A DNA stretch of 64,000 bases from an uncultured Chloroflexia bacterium (GTDB taxonomy: Bacteria; Chloroflexota; Limnocylindria; Limnocylindrales; CSP1-4): the NCBI GenBank assembly GCA_963838115.1, contig CAWIPU010000002.1, positions 203,642 through 267,641 of the forward strand, given 5' to 3'. Numbering within the stretch: position 1 is the first letter of the stretch; each line of letters opens with the position of its first letter. Shown in pieces: positions 59,514 to 64,000 of this stretch. The translations under genes and the position numbers were made by a program. The notes beneath the pieces were generated by a model. That model made no database searches. It was not told the origin of the DNA and saw nothing but the letters and a program-made list of their open reading frames with translations.

Positions 59514-59780
59514 GCCGGCAGTGATACGTCGGCGCGCCCCGTGCGCATCGTGCCGTCCGGCACGTCGCGAGAGGCCGTCCGTACTTTGGTCCCCTATCGG
59601 ACTCGGCATGTTGGCGACGCGCCGGCCGATGCCGGGAGATCGGCTCGCTGTCACCCGGGGACATCAGGCGGCGACACGCCGAGGCGGAGACGAGATGTGA
59701 CCAGTCGCCCTCCATCTCCGGCTGAAGGGCTGTTCCCTACGGGATAGGTGACGGACCACCATCGTGACGAAGGAGACGCC

Positions 59781-60314
59781 ATGCGCAAGATCATCGTGTT
59801 CACTGCGGCCGTGGGGATAGCCCTCGCCGCCGGACTCGTCGCGTGGAGGCGCGATCCACGCATCGGGTCGGCATTCGTCAACCGCGCGGTCAACCCCAGG
59901 CTCCTGGAGCGTGGCCTCGCCGGTGGCGAACACTCCGAGATCGGTCCGCTCGAGCACATCGGGCGCCGCTCGGGTATCGTCCGTCTCACCCCCGTGCACC
60001 CCGAGCCCACTGCCACCGGCTTCCGCTTCGTCGTACCGCTCGGGTCGCAGTCCGAGTGGGCCAAGAACGTGCTCGCCGCCGGACACTGTCGGATCGGGCT
60101 GCATGAACAGGTCTATGAACTCGCGGCGCCCAGGTTCGTCTCGCCTGCCGAGCTGGAGGACCTGCCGAGGCCACTGCGGGCGTGTATGTCGGCCCTCGGG
60201 TTCCGCTATCTCGTGCTCGAGACCGTCGCGGTCGCGCCGGGCAGGCTCGAAGCGAGGCCGGAGTCCCCTGAGCCAGACGAGGCCGAGCCAATGACTGTCC
60301 TGGTCGGCGCCTGA
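59781..60314 (+). CDS. nitroreductase-family deazaflavin-dependent oxidoreductase (DUF385-like)
   Basis: AAGGAGA RBS; N-terminal TM; GRRSGIVRLTPV...FRFVVPLGSQSEWAKNVLAAGHCRI resembles DUF385. Confidence 0.6.
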   Translation: MRKIIVFTAAVGIALAAGLVAWRRDPRIGSAFVNRAVNPRLLERGLAGGEHSEIGPLEHIGRRSGIVRLTPVHPEPTATGFRFVVPLGSQSEWAKNVLAAGHCRIGLHEQVYELAAPRFVSPAELEDLPRPLRACMSALGFRYLVLETVAVAPGRLEARPESPEPDEAEPMTVLVGA

Positions 60315-60447
60315 TCCTTCCCCCGCGCGGGGGAGCCCCGGAAGTCCGCGGGGGCCCGTCGGGGAGGCGGCGCGAGGACTTCGCGGCGTCGGCCTCCGGT
60401 GCGCCCGACATCCTCGACGGCGCCTTCCGACAGCAGTAGCGGAGCGT

Positions 60448-61227
60448 TCAGTCCGGCTCGGCCAGGCCCTCGGCGCGCAGACGGTCGAGGACGGCCAGCT
60501 CCTGCGCGAAGCGTTTGCCTCGCTTGGCGGCCACGAGCACCGTGTCGTCCCGCCCATGCTCGAGGAAGCGTTCGATCGCGACGCCCATCCCGGTGCCCGA
60601 TACGACCGAGCCCAGTAGTCCCTGCCAGTCCCGATCGAGGATGGCTCGACGGGTGATGACGACCTGGGTCGCGAGGTCACGCCGGATGAGCCGGGCGGGG
60701 ATGTCGGAGCGGACGAAGCTGACCGAGGTGAAGCGTGCGTCCGAGATGTCGAGGGCCCAGTCCACGTCGGCGTAGAAGCGCTCGTTGGCCACGAGTAACG
60801 CACCCCGCTCGGAGGCGGGCTGGATCAGCCCAGCCGCAAGGAACTCGAGGCCGCCGGTGACGTTGCCGCGGATGGTCACGTGCCGGAGGGCACAGCCCGT
60901 GATCATCTGCGGTCCCCAGCTGCCGCGATGGAACCAGATCGTGTCGATCGTGCAGTCCTCGGCGATGATGGCCCCGATGTCGGAGGCCGAGACGTGACAG
61001 CGGACGAGCGAGACGCGTCGCACGGTCGGGCGCTCCAACGCGGTCCGCTGGAGCGGCTGTTGACAGGTCTCGAACCGGCAACGTCGGAGCTGCACATCCT
61101 CGAGCGGATCGGGCAGCCGGTACGGATGGACCGAGAACACCCGGTCCTCGATGAGCGACGTCACGGCGCCGATGGTAGCCCGGTCGTGGCCGCGGCCCGA
61201 TGCGCGATCGCTCTTGATCGACAGCAT
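60448..61227 (-). CDS. hypothetical protein (repetitive Cys/His-containing beta-strand-like segments)
   Basis: balanced composition versus junk alternatives; recurring V..C..H..I/T patterns; start uncertain. Confidence 0.35.
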   Translation of the reverse strand: MLSIKSDRASGRGHDRATIGAVTSLIEDRVFSVHPYRLPDPLEDVQLRRCRFETCQQPLQRTALERPTVRRVSLVRCHVSASDIGAIIAEDCTIDTIWFHRGSWGPQMITGCALRHVTIRGNVTGGLEFLAAGLIQPASERGALLVANERFYADVDWALDISDARFTSVSFVRSDIPARLIRRDLATQVVITRRAILDRDWQGLLGSVVSGTGMGVAIERFLEHGRDDTVLVAAKRGKRFAQELAVLDRLRAEGLAEPD

Positions 61228-61425
61228 GTGTTCGGAAGCGTTCGGAATACCGGGTGACGGGCGCCACAGTCTTTCTGTTCGGCTTCCCGTACAGGCGTGC
61301 GGTGTCGCGCTTGACCGCGGCGACGCGATGGTCGGCAAACCCTGAATGCCCAGCCATCGACGGGGAACCACCCATCCCAAGGTGCCCTCGGGATCCACGG
61401 CGAGCGACGGCCCCGGGACCGGGTC

Positions 61426-62769
61426 TCAGGGCGTGACCGTGACGGTCCCCATCATGGAGGGATGGATGGCGCAGAAGTAGTCGTACGTGCCGGGCTCCCC
61501 GAACGTCTGGGAGAAGGTCTGGCCGCCGTCCAAGGTCCCCGAGTCGAAGGCACCGTCGCGCGCGGTCACGGTGTGGGCGAACGGGTCCCCATTGGTCCAA
61601 TCCACGGTCGTACCGACCGGGACCTCGATGTCTGCCGGCGCGAAGGCCACATCCACCACGGACACTTCGGTGACCCCGGCCACATCGAGCGTGGTTGGGT
61701 CGCCGGCCGCATCTCCGACGTCGTCCGCCGCCACCGGGTCTCGGACCACCACCGTCCCAGACATGGAGGGATGGATTGCGCAGAAGTAGTCGTAGCTGCC
61801 GGGCTCAGAGAAGGTCTGGCTGAACGAGTCCCCGCCCATCAACACGCCGGAGTTGAAGCCCTCGTCGCGGGCGGTCACGGTGTGCGGGATGCTGTCGTCG
61901 TTGGACCACGTCACCGTCGCGCCGGCTTCGACCTCGATGCTGCCAGGTTCGAAGGTGAGATCGACGATCGAGACCGCGGCTGGCGCCGCCACCGTCGGCA
62001 CGGCACTGAGAGCGGACTCCTCTGGGGCCGGCGTCTCGCCCGGCAAGGCGGACTCGATCGGCGCTGGGGACCCGGCAACGGCCGGGGACTCCACAGGGCC
62101 CGGCGACTCGACCACGGCACCCTCGGATGGAGCCGGAGCGTCTCCCACGACGGTGATGGTGCCTTCCATCTCCGGATGGATGGCACAGAAGTAGGGATAG
62201 GTCCCGGGCGCATCGAAGGAGTACTCGAAGGCGGATTCCGCGGGTAGGACCCCGCTGTTGAAGGCACCATCGGTCGAGGTCACCGTGTGGTCGTCGTCAC
62301 CGTCGATGTTCTCCCACGTCACGGTGGCGCCGACGGCGACCTCGAGGGCCGGAGGCTGATATGACTCGTCGATGAGCGTGACGGTGGCTGCCATGGGAGG
62401 CGGACCCCCGTTCGGCTGCTCGTCGATGACGAGCACGGTGCCGAAGTAGGCGGGGTCCTCGTCGTTGCGCTCATCGAGGTAGGGATACTCGCCCGCGACC
62501 ACGAAGGTGGTGCTGAAACGCTCGCCGGGCTGGAGGTTGCCCGAGTCGAACCCGACGGGGCCCTGGCGGGAGCGCATACGATGCCGCTCGCGGTCCTCGT
62601 TCCGCCAGGTGACGACCGTGCCGGTCGAGACCTCCAGCCGCTGCGGCTCGAGCGTGTTGGAGATGATGACCTCCTCGCGGTCCTGACCCAGTGCGATGGT
62701 CGCGGCCGCGAGACTGGCGAGCACGGCCAGGACCATGGCGCCAAGGAGACGTCGATAGGGCGTATGCAT
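61426..62769 (-). CDS. secreted multi-domain cupredoxin (four plastocyanin/pseudoazurin-like type-1 copper domains)
   Basis: signal peptide; four repeats, each with HTVT ... YFCAIHP(S/E)M(x)GT (His, Cys, His, Met ligands); Pro/Ala/Ser/Glu-rich linker between domains 2 and 3. Confidence 0.75.
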   Translation of the reverse strand: MHTPYRRLLGAMVLAVLASLAAATIALGQDREEVIISNTLEPQRLEVSTGTVVTWRNEDRERHRMRSRQGPVGFDSGNLQPGERFSTTFVVAGEYPYLDERNDEDPAYFGTVLVIDEQPNGGPPPMAATVTLIDESYQPPALEVAVGATVTWENIDGDDDHTVTSTDGAFNSGVLPAESAFEYSFDAPGTYPYFCAIHPEMEGTITVVGDAPAPSEGAVVESPGPVESPAVAGSPAPIESALPGETPAPEESALSAVPTVAAPAAVSIVDLTFEPGSIEVEAGATVTWSNDDSIPHTVTARDEGFNSGVLMGGDSFSQTFSEPGSYDYFCAIHPSMSGTVVVRDPVAADDVGDAAGDPTTLDVAGVTEVSVVDVAFAPADIEVPVGTTVDWTNGDPFAHTVTARDGAFDSGTLDGGQTFSQTFGEPGTYDYFCAIHPSMMGTVTVTP

Positions 62770-62873
62770 CGGCGGATTAGACCACAACCCCGGCCTGCAT
62801 CTTCGCGCGACCGCCTGGACGCGGGATGGATGCCTCGTGGATCGGGTCCGCGCCCGGAGGGAACCGGATGCCA

Positions 62874-63524
62874 TCAGAGGTCGCTCTTGGCCTGCGGTGA
62901 GCCTTCTCGGGCGACGAGCAGGGCGGCCTCGACGCGACTGCGGACCTGCAGCTTGCCCAGGATGTTGGTCATGTAGTGCTTGATGGTCTTCTCGGCGAGG
63001 CCCAGCCGCTCACCGACCTCCTGGTTGCTGAGCCCTTCGGCCACGAACTCGAGGACCTCTCGCTCGCGGTCGGTCAGCGCGTCGTACGGCGAGCTGTGCG
63101 GCGTGCGCAGCTCGCGCAGCATGCCCCACGCGAGGGCGGGGGCCACATAGACCTCTCCGGCGTGGACCGAGCGGATGACCGCGGCCAGCTCGGAGGCCCC
63201 GGCACCCTTGAGCACGTATCCGGAGGCGCCGGCCTTCATCGCCTCGAGCAGGTCGTCCTCGTCCTCTGACACCGTGAGCATGACGATGCGCGTCGCCGGG
63301 CAGGCTGCCGCGATCCAGCGGGCGGCGTCGTGCCCGCCACCCGGCATCGCGATGTCGAGCAGCATCACATCGGGAAGCTCCCGGCGCGCGAGTTCCAGTG
63401 CCGTGGCCGCGTCACCAGCGTCGCCCACGATGTCGATACCCTCCTCGCCCTGCAGCGACATCACGACGCCAGCACGGAACATCGGATGGTCGTCGGCGAC
63501 CGCCACCCGGATGGACTCACCCAC
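62874..63524 (-). CDS. response regulator, NarL/FixJ family (REC + LuxR-type HTH)
   Basis: IRVAVADDHPMFR...MLLDIAMPGG, C-terminal LTDREREVLEFVAEGLSNQEVGERLGLAEKTIKHYMTNILGKL; GTG start overlapping the kinase gene end. Confidence 0.8.
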   Translation of the reverse strand: MGESIRVAVADDHPMFRAGVVMSLQGEEGIDIVGDAGDAATALELARRELPDVMLLDIAMPGGGHDAARWIAAACPATRIVMLTVSEDEDDLLEAMKAGASGYVLKGAGASELAAVIRSVHAGEVYVAPALAWGMLRELRTPHSSPYDALTDREREVLEFVAEGLSNQEVGERLGLAEKTIKHYMTNILGKLQVRSRVEAALLVAREGSPQAKSDL

Positions 63525-64000
63525 GAGCTGACGCTCCGTACCGCAGTGGCCACCACACCCGTAGCTCGGTGCCGCCTCCGCGTGAGGCGTGGACCTCGAA
63601 CCAGCCGCCCAGCACTTCCGCTTGCTCACGGATGCCCGCGAGGCCGAGGCCCTCGGTGTCAGCCAATGTCACCGGGTCGAACCCGGCACCATCATCCTGT
63701 ACGACCAGCGACAGGCCTGGGGTCCGGCCATCACCTCGGGTGCCGCGGAGCTCGACCTCGATGCGCTCGCTGTGGCCATGTCGTGTCGCGTTCGAGAGCG
63801 CCTCCTGCAGCGCCCGAAAGAGCGCGATCTTGACGGGCAGGGGCACGTCCGCGGGCGCGGCTTCGGCCGTGAGCTGGACCAGCGTGCCGCTACGGCGCTG
63901 GTGGTCCTGCACGGCACGGGACGCGACCGCCTCGGCGTCCATCGGTGCGAGTTCGGGCAGGCGCAGACCGGCCGCGACGCTGCGCATATCGCTCATCGCC
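63517..64000 (-). CDS. sensor histidine kinase (NarX/DesK-like HisKA_3 type), partial; N-terminus beyond right window edge
   Basis: HATPase_c motifs QEALSNATRHG, DDGAGF, GLGLAGIREQAEVLGG; runs off the window. Confidence 0.75.
   Translation of the reverse strand, partial: AMSDMRSVAAGLRLPELAPMDAEAVASRAVQDHQRRSGTLVQLTAEAAPADVPLPVKIALFRALQEALSNATRHGHSERIEVELRGTRGDGRTPGLSLVVQDDGAGFDPVTLADTEGLGLAGIREQAEVLGGWFEVHASRGGGTELRVWWPLRYGASARG

Overview
This is a high-GC (~70%) window with actinobacterial-type codon usage. It appears to be a chromosomal segment that mixes housekeeping/metabolic genes with accessory material. I support about 60 protein-coding genes. Recognisable genes include: a Cys-type arylsulfatase with a divergent BASS-family symporter; a glutamine-synthetase-like/SDR/aldehyde-dehydrogenase operon convergent with a PotABCD-like ABC importer plus a PHP metallohydrolase; several alpha/beta hydrolases, SnoaL/NTF2/SRPBCC-type small proteins and an MDR alcohol dehydrogenase; MarR, TetR, LysR and PadR regulators, each with a palindromic candidate operator; an ECF (SigJ-like) sigma factor; an orphan PAS histidine kinase; a NarL-type two-component pair next to a secreted four-domain cupredoxin; an arsenite methyltransferase (arsM); and two complete paralogous VapBC toxin-antitoxin pairs. 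I recognised no rRNA, tRNA or CRISPR array. The window is unusually rich in gene decay. There are three PIN-toxin remnants, a multiply frameshifted DevCA/MacB-like ABC exporter, a frameshifted NmrA-like gene, an SRPBCC gene interrupted by an in-frame TAG, an ABC ATPase remnant, an internally deleted FAD oxidoreductase, and short remnants of a beta-helix protein, a beta-propeller protein and an alpha/beta hydrolase 3' end. Non-coding structure includes a family of ~110-120 bp GC-rich hairpin-forming repeats placed right after stop codons (2 near-identical copies and 1 partial copy). There is also a tandem 37-bp repeat array near the left edge, an (ACGAGC)n microsatellite fused to the 5' end of vapB, and a ~55-bp repeat shared by two distant loci. 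I could not identify a clear-cut novel multi-gene system with confidence. The most suggestive candidates are the structured repeat family, the TA/arsM accessory island at 23.6-27.4 kb and the tetra-cupredoxin/two-component locus. All coordinates for CDS starts are derived from the supplied ORF track, and non-ORF features are placed by eye to within a few nt.
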